From assembly GCF_000179635.2 (NCBI RefSeq), contig NC_014833.1, positions 1,230,001 to 1,262,000 of the forward strand: a stretch of 32,000 nt of DNA. Reading direction: 5' to 3'. A program made the position numbers and the translations under genes. Each line of letters starts with the position of its first letter. Positions within the stretch are counted from its first letter, which is position 1. Of this stretch, positions 1 to 8,124 are shown piece by piece. Origin of the DNA: Ruminococcus albus 7 = DSM 20455. Lineage in GTDB: Bacteria > Bacillota > Clostridia > Oscillospirales > Ruminococcaceae. The notes under the pieces were generated by a model that did not search any database, had not been told where the DNA came from, and saw only the letters and a list, made by a program, of their open reading frames with translations.

Positions 1-1173
1 GTCTATCACAGCACGTATGCCGTGACCCGATATCTCCTCATCGGAAGTTATCCTGCCGTGATCGACTTCCTTGCCGAACTTAGCGCATACCGACCTTGCT
101 ATGGGGTGGTCGGAATAACTCTCTGCATGGGCGGCAAGGTCAAGAAGTTCGTCCTCGCCCATAGAATCGGAGTGTATCTTCGTTACTTCAAAACTGCCCT
201 TCGTAAGCGTTCCTGTCTTATCAAAAACAACAGTTTCGGCATTAGCAAGTGCCTCCAGATAATTTCCGCCCTTTACCAGTATGCCGCGCTTGCTTGCACC
301 GCCTATGCCTCCGAAAAAGCTCAGTGGTACAGATATTACCAGCGCACAGGGGCAGGATATTACCAGGAATATCAGCGCACGGTGTATCCAGTCAGCCCAG
401 CCGCCGCCCAGTATCAGCGGAGGAAGCACAGCAAGCACCGCCGCCGCGATAACTACCGAAGGCGTATAGTACCTTGCAAAACGAGTAATGAAGTTCTCGT
501 ACTTAGCCTTTTTAGTCGCTGAGTTTTCCACCAGTTCAAGTATCTTAGTAACAGTGGAATCCTCATATTCCTTAGTGACTTTCACTTTCAGAAGGCCGCC
601 CTGATTGATGCATCCGCTTATTACTTCGTCCCCGACTTTTACCGACCTCGGAAGGCTTTCGCCTGTAAGTGCCGCTGTATCCACCGAAGAACTGCCCTCG
701 ATTATAACGCCGTCAAGTGGTATCTTTTCGCCGGGCTTTATAACGATGATGCTGTCAAGCTCAACTTCCTCCGGGTCAACTTCTTCAAGCTGACCGTCCC
801 TTTCAACGTTTGCATACTCGGGACAGATATCCATAAGGTCTGATATTGACTTTCTCGATCTGCCCACAGCCACGCTCTGAAAAAGCTCACCTGTCTGATA
901 AAACAGCATGACAGCCGAAGCTTCGGGATATTCACCCACAAAAAGCGCACCTACGGTAGCCACGCACATCAGGAAATTTTCATCAAAAACCTGTCCGTGT
1001 ATTATACCGCGCACAGCTTTCCAAAGCACATCATAGCCTATCACAAAATACGGCACCAGAAATGCTGCCAGCCGCAGCAGGCTTTTTTCTTCAAGGGGCA
1101 GAAGTGCCGCTGTTATAAGCAGCGCCCCTGCTGCGATTATCCTTATCAGAACGTTTTTCTGCTTCTTCGTCAT
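1..1173 (-). CDS. cadA: Zn/Cd-type (P1B-2) heavy-metal translocating P-type ATPase; first ~391 codons, with the 3' end beyond the window
   Basis: Absent from the ORF track because it is open to the window edge. Translating the complement from ATG 1173..1171 gives MTKKQKNVLIRIIAAGALLITAALLP... The TM6 motif SCPCALVISVP lies on the complement of ~318-380. The phosphorylation motif VVFDKTGTLT lies on the complement of ~196-232. This ORF has no N-terminal HMA domain. Confidence 0.9.
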   Translation of the reverse strand, partial: MTKKQKNVLIRIIAAGALLITAALLPLEEKSLLRLAAFLVPYFVIGYDVLWKAVRGIIHGQVFDENFLMCVATVGALFVGEYPEASAVMLFYQTGELFQSVAVGRSRKSISDLMDICPEYANVERDGQLEEVDPEEVELDSIIVIKPGEKIPLDGVIIEGSSSVDTAALTGESLPRSVKVGDEVISGCINQGGLLKVKVTKEYEDSTVTKILELVENSATKKAKYENFITRFARYYTPSVVIAAAVLAVLPPLILGGGWADWIHRALIFLVISCPCALVISVPLSFFGGIGGASKRGILVKGGNYLEALANAETVVFDKTGTLTKGSFEVTKIHSDSMGEDELLDLAAHAESYSDHPIARSVCAKFGKEVDHGRITSDEEISGHGIRAVID

Positions 1174-1229
1174 CTTTATTCTTCTTTCTTCACATACTTT
1201 AGATCAGCGGTTTCAGGGCTGTAAGGTTA

Positions 1230-1451
1230 TTATAATACTATCTGACAATCAGGCTCGACCTTTTTGCACAGCTTTACAACCTTATCCATCAGTGCGTCCA
1301 TATCAGTTCCGTCGGGAACTTTAATGGTCATTTTCTGTGTCAGAAAACTTACTGTGCAGTCCTCAACCTCGGGAAGATCCTTGATAGAATTCTCCATTTT
1401 AGCAGCGCAGTTTGCGCAGTCCAGATCAATAAGTTTGTATACTTTTTTCAT
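1230..1451 (-). CDS. Stand-alone heavy-metal-associated (HMA) domain protein, 73 aa
   Basis: ORF track 1230..1451(-). The metal-binding loop LDCANCAAKME carries the CANC variant that I recall from N-termini of Cd/Zn pumps. An AAGGAA RBS lies upstream. The gene sits 56 nt upstream of the HMA-less ATPase. Confidence 0.85.
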   Translation of the reverse strand: MKKVYKLIDLDCANCAAKMENSIKDLPEVEDCTVSFLTQKMTIKVPDGTDMDALMDKVVKLCKKVEPDCQIVL

Positions 1452-1509
1452 AATAAGTCATTCCTTTCAAATAAATATTAACTAATACTTTGCTCAGCGT
1501 TTTGTCAGA

Positions 1510-2118
1510 TCATTCTTTTGTTATCACAGCTATGGCACATGGCATCCTGCCGTCTACCAGATCATATACGACATTCTTATAACCGCCCTCGGTGAAGAAC
1601 TGCTTGTAGCTATCTTCATCAAACTGTCTTTTAAAATTGGCTCCTGCTTTGTCTATCAGCTTTACCGGGAGGGAATTGCCTTTCTTCTGTAGGTTTATAT
1701 ATGTGGGAATTATTACCTTTCCGCCCTTTTTGCATACCCTCAGAAGCTCGTCAACAGCTTTGTAGGGTTCGTCCAGCAGATGTATGACGTTTCCTGCCAC
1801 CACATAGTCAAAGCAGTTATCTCTGCATCTCAGATCATATATATCACCTTTGCACAGCCTTACGTTATGGAAGTTTCTCAGATTTTTTTCAGCCTGCCTG
1901 AGCATACCTGATGAAAGGTCTACTGCCCTGAGAAAGCCTGCTTTTTCTGCGAGATAACGGCTTATAGAACCTGTACCGCAGGCACATTCCAGAACTCTGC
2001 TGTCCTCTTTGATATATGAAGCGACTTTCGCTCCTGTGCCGTCATAGCACCTTTTGTTGTAAAGCCGTTCAAAAAGGTCGTAAACACCTGCAATGCAGTC
2101 CCAGAAGCTCTTTTTCAT
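1510..2118 (-). CDS. Class I SAM-dependent methyltransferase, 202 aa
   Basis: ORF track 1510..2118(-). SAM-binding motif I is VLECACGTGSIS, followed by an acidic loop (AVDLS) and motif GGKVII. An AGGAGA RBS lies upstream. The gene is embedded between the repressor and the HMA/ATPase genes. Confidence 0.8.
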   Translation of the reverse strand: MKKSFWDCIAGVYDLFERLYNKRCYDGTGAKVASYIKEDSRVLECACGTGSISRYLAEKAGFLRAVDLSSGMLRQAEKNLRNFHNVRLCKGDIYDLRCRDNCFDYVVAGNVIHLLDEPYKAVDELLRVCKKGGKVIIPTYINLQKKGNSLPVKLIDKAGANFKRQFDEDSYKQFFTEGGYKNVVYDLVDGRMPCAIAVITKE

Positions 2119-2175
2119 TTCAGTTATTCTCCTGTCTTTTTCTCACTGTTTCTCTTTTCTGTCTGGATTATTGTA

Positions 2176-2538
2176 CTATTCCAAAATGTGTTCCATGCCC
2201 AGCGCCAGTATGCTTCTTACGTGATCATCAGCAAGGGAATAGAACATGATCTTTCCTTCACGGCGGAACCTTACAAGCTTACTGTTTTTAAGCACTCTCA
2301 GCTGATGTGAGCAGGCTGTCGGAGTGAGCCCGAGCAGCTGTGCCATATCACCAACGCACATCTCGCTTTCAAGCAGAGCATACAGTATACGTATACGTGT
2401 GCTGTCACCGAAGACCTTATAAAGCTCAGCCAGGTCATATAGTTCTTCATCGGAGGGAGTTTCTCTTTCCAATCTGTCTATATCCTCCTGTGAAAGCGCC
2501 AGAAAATCAGAACTTTTCATATCCTGCAATATATTCAC
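2176..2538 (-). CDS. ArsR/SmtB-family metalloregulator with a CzrA/SmtB-type alpha5 Zn(II) site
   Basis: ORF track 2176..2538(-). The winged-helix core is FGDSTRIRILYALLESEMCVGDMAQLLGLTPTACSHQLRVLKNSKLV. The C-terminus DDHVRSILALGMEHILE fits DxH-x10-H-x2-E, the alpha5 site pattern of SmtB (D104/H106/H117/E120). The start is ambiguous among GTG 2538, TTG 2529 and ATG 2520. Confidence 0.85.
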   Translation of the reverse strand: MNILQDMKSSDFLALSQEDIDRLERETPSDEELYDLAELYKVFGDSTRIRILYALLESEMCVGDMAQLLGLTPTACSHQLRVLKNSKLVRFRREGKIMFYSLADDHVRSILALGMEHILE

Positions 2539-2569
2539 TTCCTCTCTGTTTTTATGAAGTTCATTGTTA

Positions 2570-2617
2570 CATCTGAATCACTGTTCATATGATAACATAT
2601 TATAGAACATTTGTCAA
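2570..2617 (-). promoter_or_regulatory. Candidate promoter (TTGACA-17-TATCAT) with an overlapping ArsR/SmtB-type operator
   Basis: The minus strand reads TTGACA (comp 2617..2612), a 17-nt spacer, then TATCAT (comp 2594..2589). Immediately downstream is CATATGAACAGTGATTCAGATG. This is an imperfect 7-6-7 inverted repeat (ATCTGAA 2571-2577 / TTCATAT 2584-2590) built on TGAA/TTCA arms. Confidence 0.55.
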
Positions 2618-2799
2618 GGGGTAATGAAATAATTTTTATAAAAACCTAGAAAAGAGGCACTGCTGCACACAAAAAAGCTGATCGGTGAAGTGTGTCGGGC
2701 ATACACTGCTTTAATATACCTATAAAACATTATGTACGATATGAATAATAAATGCATCGGAAATTTGTTTGGTTTAATAAGCGGTGAGGTATTGTTTTT

Positions 2800-2828
2800 T
2801 TGATCTTTATATGTTAATATACTATTAT
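2800..2828 (+). promoter_or_regulatory. Candidate sigma-70 promoter TTGATC-17-TATTAT for the dockerin protein gene
   Basis: TTGATC 2800-2805, 17-nt spacer, TATTAT 2823-2828. The implied TSS near 2835 argues against the track's ATG 2836 start. Confidence 0.45.
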
Positions 2829-2880
2829 AAAGTGGATGTTTATTAAACTAAATAGTACATATCCGAAAGGAGGTCTTGAT

Positions 2881-4806
2881 TTGAAAAGAAAACACAGAAT
2901 GGTGTCATTGTTGACATCTGCTGCGATGCTGTGGGTGATGCAGCCTTCGGGCATAGTTACGGTATCTGCGGATATGGCAGGGGAGTTCAGTGAAAATCAC
3001 AGCTATGTAGGTGGCACTGTCAACACCCCTATCCTCAGATCAACCGATATCCAACCAATAGAAATAACCGAACAGCCCTCTGCTGTATCAGATGTATACT
3101 ATAATGAGGATGTGACACTTACTGCTAAGGCAGATAATGCGAATACTGCAAGATGGTACTGCCGCAGTCTGAATGGCATACATCCATGCGGAAAGCTGAC
3201 TGCCCTTGATGAAAGCGGTCTGACTTCAGTGAGCGTAAAAGCAGACGGCAAAACGTATTTCTGCCGTTTTTCGGACGGAAAGGAATATGCTGACACACAA
3301 ACAGTATCAGCCTGCTTTATTCCTGCGTTCACGGTAAATGAAACAAGCATGACATTTATAGGGGGTGAGGATGCAGAGATCTCCATTCCCTGTGATTATG
3401 ACCATGAGCATCCATGTGATCATATCATTACTGATGAATGGATAATGCGGAAGAATGGAACGGATGTTACGATAACAAGTTCTGATAAGTACATTATAAA
3501 AGGCAGCAGGCTTACAATCAAGGACATATCCGCAGAAGAAAGTTCCTGTATATTAAGACATATCATTACCGAACACGGAAGTTATTACAGCAAAGGGATA
3601 AATATCAGCGTAGTTGACGGCGATCCTGATAAGAGTATATCCTCCTTTGAACTGGAAGGGATAGGAAAGCTGTTCATAGGTGATAAAGCACCCGGTATTT
3701 CGGATATAAGTACTATGAGCGAAAAGTACACTATTGAGAGCATATCCTGGACAGGTGTTGATGCAAACGGATATATAGTAAGCCCGAATCCTGCATACAG
3801 TATATCATTGAAGGCGGCTGACGGATATATGTTCAGGTATGGCGGTAACGGTGATATCAAGGGTCATATGGATGATATTATGCTGACAGCTTATGGTGTA
3901 CCTGATACTTATACAGACAAGCTGACTGTAAGCCGTACCTATGATAATCACACATATCTTACGGCGCCGAAGGACTTCATCGCACTGGAGCAGTACGATC
4001 TTTCAGCCTGCCGTTATAATTACGTTGATATACAGCTGAAAGTTAACTTCTCCTGTCCCGATCAGCATTCCGAAAAGCACGCTGTCAAGAGTTTTACCGA
4101 TGCACATTATTCTGCGGGATACCATCTTCCCGAGGGGCTTACTATGGACAGCATGGGACATATAACAGGTATGCTTACTGCCCCCGAGGGTGTACAGCCT
4201 TTCCTTGTGTATATTGAAAGTACAAGCGGAGAAGCCTACCTTATGGATTGTACTTTTACCGTAAACGAACATGAACATCAATATGTAAAGGACACAGACC
4301 CTGAAACTGGTGAGGCGGTAATGGTCTGCAGCGGGACTGAGTACTGTGGCGCTGAACCTATACCTGTGCCACAGGAGCCTCACAATGCTCATACATGGGG
4401 GCAGTGGATAAGCGACAATGACAATACACACAGCTGTACCTGCACTGAATGCAGTGAGATCAAGACAGAAAGTCACAGCTTCGATGACGGAGTTATCACG
4501 AAAGAAGCTTCAAAGGAAGAAAAAGGTATTATAGTATATACCTGCACAGAATGCGGTCATCAGATCACCGAGGAGTATGAATATGATGGAAACACTGATG
4601 ATGACTATATTCTCGGAGATGCTAACGGCGACGGAATGATAAATGTTTCTGATATCGCCATAGCGGCTGCCTATGTCAAGGGCAGAAAACCACTTGACGA
4701 CAAGTCACAGAAACGCGCTGATACCAATAATGACGGCAAGGTGAATATCTCTGATATCTCGAAGATAGCCGCCCATGTTAAAGGCAAAAAACTTTTGGCA
4801 AAATAA
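2881..4806 (+). CDS. Secreted dockerin-containing protein of unknown function (Ig-like/He_PIG-like repeats, Cys/His-rich module, C-terminal type-I dockerin)
   Basis: ORF track 2836..4806(+). I prefer TTG 2881, which lies 7 nt after AAAGGAGG (2866-2873); ATG 2899 is an alternative. The signal peptide is KRKHRMVSLLTSAAMLWVMQPSGIVTVSA. LPEGLTMDSMGHITGMLTAPEG resembles the putative-Ig (He_PIG) motif. The C-terminus carries duplicated Ca-binding dockerin loops, DANGDGMINVSD and DTNNDGKVNISD. No catalytic motif was recognised. Confidence 0.8.
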   Translation: MKRKHRMVSLLTSAAMLWVMQPSGIVTVSADMAGEFSENHSYVGGTVNTPILRSTDIQPIEITEQPSAVSDVYYNEDVTLTAKADNANTARWYCRSLNGIHPCGKLTALDESGLTSVSVKADGKTYFCRFSDGKEYADTQTVSACFIPAFTVNETSMTFIGGEDAEISIPCDYDHEHPCDHIITDEWIMRKNGTDVTITSSDKYIIKGSRLTIKDISAEESSCILRHIITEHGSYYSKGINISVVDGDPDKSISSFELEGIGKLFIGDKAPGISDISTMSEKYTIESISWTGVDANGYIVSPNPAYSISLKAADGYMFRYGGNGDIKGHMDDIMLTAYGVPDTYTDKLTVSRTYDNHTYLTAPKDFIALEQYDLSACRYNYVDIQLKVNFSCPDQHSEKHAVKSFTDAHYSAGYHLPEGLTMDSMGHITGMLTAPEGVQPFLVYIESTSGEAYLMDCTFTVNEHEHQYVKDTDPETGEAVMVCSGTEYCGAEPIPVPQEPHNAHTWGQWISDNDNTHSCTCTECSEIKTESHSFDDGVITKEASKEEKGIIVYTCTECGHQITEEYEYDGNTDDDYILGDANGDGMINVSDIAIAAAYVKGRKPLDDKSQKRADTNNDGKVNISDISKIAAHVKGKKLLAK

Positions 4807-4844
4807 GAACAAGGCTGCCCGGCGATATGCTGAGCAGCCTTGTT
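4807..4844. terminator. Bidirectional rho-independent terminator between convergent genes
   Basis: Stem GAACAAGGCTGC (4807-4818) pairs with GCAGCCTTGTT (4834-4844). T-rich runs follow on both strands (TATATTATTTTT on +, TTATTTT on -). Confidence 0.8.
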
Positions 4845-4848
4845 TATA

Positions 4849-5754
4849 TTATTTTTGGTTTATCAGTGCCTGTACTTCCGAGAGTGTCGGCGGATAAAGC
4901 GGCAGAGGAAAGCGTGATATTGCTATGGCTGAGCAGGCACTGGCGAAACGCACAAGTTTGTCATCGTTCATGTGTTTCAGCAGACCGTAGATACAGCCTG
5001 CTTTAAATGTATCACCGGCACCGAGTGTGCTTTTTACAGATACATCGAATGGTTTCATTCGTTGTATCTTTCCGCCATTTCTGCCGTAAAGCATATCATC
5101 TCCGCCCTGTGTTATAACTGTCAGCCCTTCGCCTGAAGACATCATAAGTTCAAGCACAGCCTCTGACGGCATACCTTTGTAGCGGATAGAAGTGCATTCC
5201 CGTGAAACTGCGTTTACTGCTGCATGACGGTGAAGAAACGAATCGTGAGGTGCATCTATGGTAACATAGGGGACACCAAGTTCTATGCACAGCCTTGCTG
5301 CCAGCAGTGATTCTTCACCAAAGAAAGGATCTATCCCGGCAGCACCGCAGCCTGAAATATCTTCCTCTTTTGGGATGCCCCACCATCTTTTGCCTGATGA
5401 GAACAGCTGTGCGAATCTTCCCATAGGTGAGCGCACAAGTCCTGCTATCACCACATAGTCCATAATACCCGCATCATCCTGTAATAAGCCCAGGGATGAT
5501 ATATCCACGGTCTTATCACGATAGAATTCTTTAAGCATAGGCGCGACTTCTGTTCTGATTTGAGTACCGTCCATTTTTATGGACACTCCCAGTGAAGCCA
5601 GCACTGTAGCCGCAGTACCGGTTTCACCTCCCGGGAGAAAATACTGTTCGCTTATCTCGGAATATTCATCGGGTTTTAAAAAACCGTCCTTCAGCAGAAA
5701 AGAATGCGTACCAAGTATCTGACCGAAAAGATATGCGCGGTTATCGGTATCCAT
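4849..5754 (-). CDS. PfkB-family (ribokinase-like) carbohydrate/nucleoside kinase, 301 aa
   Basis: ORF track 4849..5754(-). An N-terminal GG motif (LPGGETGTAATVLASLG) and the C-terminal PfkB signature STLGAGDTFKAGCIYGLL are present. An AAGGAGG RBS lies upstream. The start is 35 nt downstream of the permease stop, so the gene is probably co-transcribed with the ABC genes. Confidence 0.8.
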   Translation of the reverse strand: MDTDNRAYLFGQILGTHSFLLKDGFLKPDEYSEISEQYFLPGGETGTAATVLASLGVSIKMDGTQIRTEVAPMLKEFYRDKTVDISSLGLLQDDAGIMDYVVIAGLVRSPMGRFAQLFSSGKRWWGIPKEEDISGCGAAGIDPFFGEESLLAARLCIELGVPYVTIDAPHDSFLHRHAAVNAVSRECTSIRYKGMPSEAVLELMMSSGEGLTVITQGGDDMLYGRNGGKIQRMKPFDVSVKSTLGAGDTFKAGCIYGLLKHMNDDKLVRFASACSAIAISRFPLPLYPPTLSEVQALINQK

Positions 5755-5788
5755 AGTAAAGGTACCTCCTTAGAAGATATTATCCGTA

Positions 5789-8092
5789 TCAGTCGAACGT
5801 CCTCATCTGGTCTGTAAGACTTTCCTTGTTTATCTTTCCAAGTGTTATCAGCGATGATATCACAGCGGCTGCAAATGCGATGGCTGCGGCTATCCATATC
5901 AGCGGAACAGGTTCGATGAAGTTCACTATGTAACCGAGTTCCTCATAAAGATTTATCCGTTTCAGAAGCAGTACCATCAGACCCATTAGACCTTCCATTA
6001 GTCCTGTTGCCAGCACACCTGCAGTCAGCGAATACTGTAAACATTCTATCACTGTCATTCCGTACATCTGACCTTCGGTCATGCCCATGCATTGCATGGA
6101 AGCAAGTTCTGCCTTGCGGTTAAGCAAGCCGGTAGACAATATATTCACCATATTCACCAGTGCGATTATACCGATGATTATACTCAGAAAAACAGAGCCT
6201 ATCTTTATGGCACCTACACCCGAGCGCATTTTAAGCATATCACCGTGATAGTCTTCGTCTAGCTTCATAAGTTCTGTATTCGCATTGATAAAGGTCTTTG
6301 CCTGTTCGTAGTCATTATCGTCCTTGAGATCGAGGTGTACATACTCAAATCCGTCAAGAATAGCAAGGCTTCCTTTGCCTGCCAGAGTGTATGCACTGTT
6401 ATTATAGTAGTCAAGAGTACCGGCAAGTATAATAGCATTTCCTGCCAGCTGTTCTTCAGAGGTAGGAGCCTTACCTTCTTCTGACCTGAATATGGGCGCA
6501 GAGCCAGCGACATTCAATACTGTGGGGTAAAGCTCTGTTGTATAGCGATATTCCAGTTTCTTGCTTTCAGTATTGAAATCATCGATATAGTAGTCCTTGA
6601 CCTTTTCCTTTTCTGCGGCGCTCATGGCATTATACTCTTCGTCGGATATGATCGTTTTTTCCATCACACCTACTTCCAGCTTTTTGGGAGTATCGAAGTG
6701 CTCTGAAACTGCATCTGCAGCGCTGTTCATCATAAGGTACGCACCCTGCGATGTCAGCTCATCATAACTTACAGGCAGTTCTCCTGCGAATTTCTTTTCG
6801 AGCACATCTCTGGGATAGTATCTCAGCACACAGGTATTCATTGTGCCGTCAGAAGTTTGTATATATGATACCTGCTCCTTGCAGAAATCATTCACATCGA
6901 ATAATCCTGTTTCCATCAGTGCATCATAGCCTGCCTTGTAGTCCATAGGCTTTCCCTGCTCACTTTTTATCGCAACGCCAAGATCGTAGTTAAGTCCGAT
7001 TATGTCGACCAGCTTTTCAAAAGCCGCAAGAGATTGTCTGAGTACGACTGAAAATGAGGCAAACAGTGCGATTGACAGTGTCAGAGATATAACGGTTATA
7101 GCAAAACGCTTCGGCTGACGGCGGTTATTGCGTGAAGCCAGCTTGCCCTTCCAGCCGAACACAGAACTGAATACGGAAGCTTTTTTTACCTTGTTCGTTT
7201 TGTTGCTGCTGCCGAATATAGCTTGTATAGGAGTTTTTTTGATCGCACGCATACCTGTCTGATAAGCCGAGAGAAATACCCAGACCAGACCTGTCGCTGC
7301 TGATAGTACAAGCATCAGCGGACTGACATGAAGGTGCATCAGATCATGCGCTTTTTCTGCAGTAAAGAAAGTTTCTGCCACGTCGCTGGAATCAATTACC
7401 TTCAGGGCACAGGCGCTTGCCCCGAATCCCAGCAGCATACCGAGTGGAAGACCGATAATACAAAGGATAAGACCTTCATAGGTGATAGTGCGGACTATCT
7501 GCTTTGGTTCAGCGCCCATGCATTGCAGCATACCGAACTGTTTTTCACGCTCCTTGGCGCTTATCTCAAAGGCTGTATCTATCATAAGTCTAAGTGCGAT
7601 GACCAGCAGGAATACAAAGATAAAATATACAGCAAGGTCACGGAGTGCTTCATATCTCGACGGGAAATCCAGTTTATCCGCACTTATAAGATCGTAGTTC
7701 ACATCTATCTGCGATGTATCGAATTCTTCAAATCGGTCACTGTAAAGCTGTTTTTCCGGGAAAAGGCTGAAAATATACAGACCTATATCCTCGTGATATC
7801 CATTCAGCATGACCTCTGCCGATATGGTACCGTCTGCTTCGTTAGTGTGATCGCTTATGCTCAGTTCTTCATTTTCTGCAAGCTGCTCATATTCTTCTTC
7901 GGTGAGCTTCATGATCCTGAAATGGTATGGTTTATCCGCATATACCGATTCACGGACTATTCCCCTGAATGTCGAATAGCCTATGAACAGCAGCGTCATC
8001 AGTGCGACAGCGATCGTTATGCTGCAGATGGTGAAGATGCTGTGGCGCTTTTGTGACTTGATATACCTTAGCGCCAGTAACCTCTCAAACAT
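5789..8092 (-). CDS. MacB/FtsX-family ABC transporter permease with two FtsX modules and two extracytoplasmic domains, 767 aa
   Basis: ORF track 5789..8092(-). The N-terminus MFERLLALRYIKSQKRHSIFTICSITIAVALMTLL is typical of FtsX/LolE-type permeases. Two TM clusters are each preceded by a soluble domain, one of ~110 aa and one of ~290 aa. Confidence 0.85.
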   Translation of the reverse strand: MFERLLALRYIKSQKRHSIFTICSITIAVALMTLLFIGYSTFRGIVRESVYADKPYHFRIMKLTEEEYEQLAENEELSISDHTNEADGTISAEVMLNGYHEDIGLYIFSLFPEKQLYSDRFEEFDTSQIDVNYDLISADKLDFPSRYEALRDLAVYFIFVFLLVIALRLMIDTAFEISAKEREKQFGMLQCMGAEPKQIVRTITYEGLILCIIGLPLGMLLGFGASACALKVIDSSDVAETFFTAEKAHDLMHLHVSPLMLVLSAATGLVWVFLSAYQTGMRAIKKTPIQAIFGSSNKTNKVKKASVFSSVFGWKGKLASRNNRRQPKRFAITVISLTLSIALFASFSVVLRQSLAAFEKLVDIIGLNYDLGVAIKSEQGKPMDYKAGYDALMETGLFDVNDFCKEQVSYIQTSDGTMNTCVLRYYPRDVLEKKFAGELPVSYDELTSQGAYLMMNSAADAVSEHFDTPKKLEVGVMEKTIISDEEYNAMSAAEKEKVKDYYIDDFNTESKKLEYRYTTELYPTVLNVAGSAPIFRSEEGKAPTSEEQLAGNAIILAGTLDYYNNSAYTLAGKGSLAILDGFEYVHLDLKDDNDYEQAKTFINANTELMKLDEDYHGDMLKMRSGVGAIKIGSVFLSIIIGIIALVNMVNILSTGLLNRKAELASMQCMGMTEGQMYGMTVIECLQYSLTAGVLATGLMEGLMGLMVLLLKRINLYEELGYIVNFIEPVPLIWIAAAIAFAAAVISSLITLGKINKESLTDQMRTFD

Positions 8093-8124
8093 GACCTCAC
8101 CTCCCTGAATTTGTCAGCTCATCT

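Noticed and set aside
22-1224. Several plus-strand ORFs (22..522, 249..452, 281..469, 605..793, 997..1224) and 738..950(-)
   Set aside because: All lie inside the P-type ATPase gene, in a wrong frame of the coding strand or on the opposite strand. The minus-strand frame open to the window edge gives CPC and DKTGT motifs. These ORFs give Arg/Pro/Tyr-rich products with no recognisable motif.
2836-2880. N-terminal extensions of track ORFs (2836, 9136, 13107, 13429, 13780, 20342, 21503, 29784 starts)
   Set aside because: In each case a better start with a Shine-Dalgarno sequence lies downstream. The extension either overlaps the mapped promoter hexamers or precedes the signal peptide or lipobox.
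3099-4476. Minus-strand ORFs 3099..3386, 3585..3860, 4003..4476
   Set aside because: They are antisense to the dockerin protein gene, which has a signal peptide and dockerin in one continuous frame.
7328-8056. 242-aa plus-strand ORF (and 7482..7697, 6751..6948, 6265..6513, 5691..5897)
   Set aside because: They are antisense to, or out of frame within, the FtsX permease gene. They have no RBS and an implausible composition.
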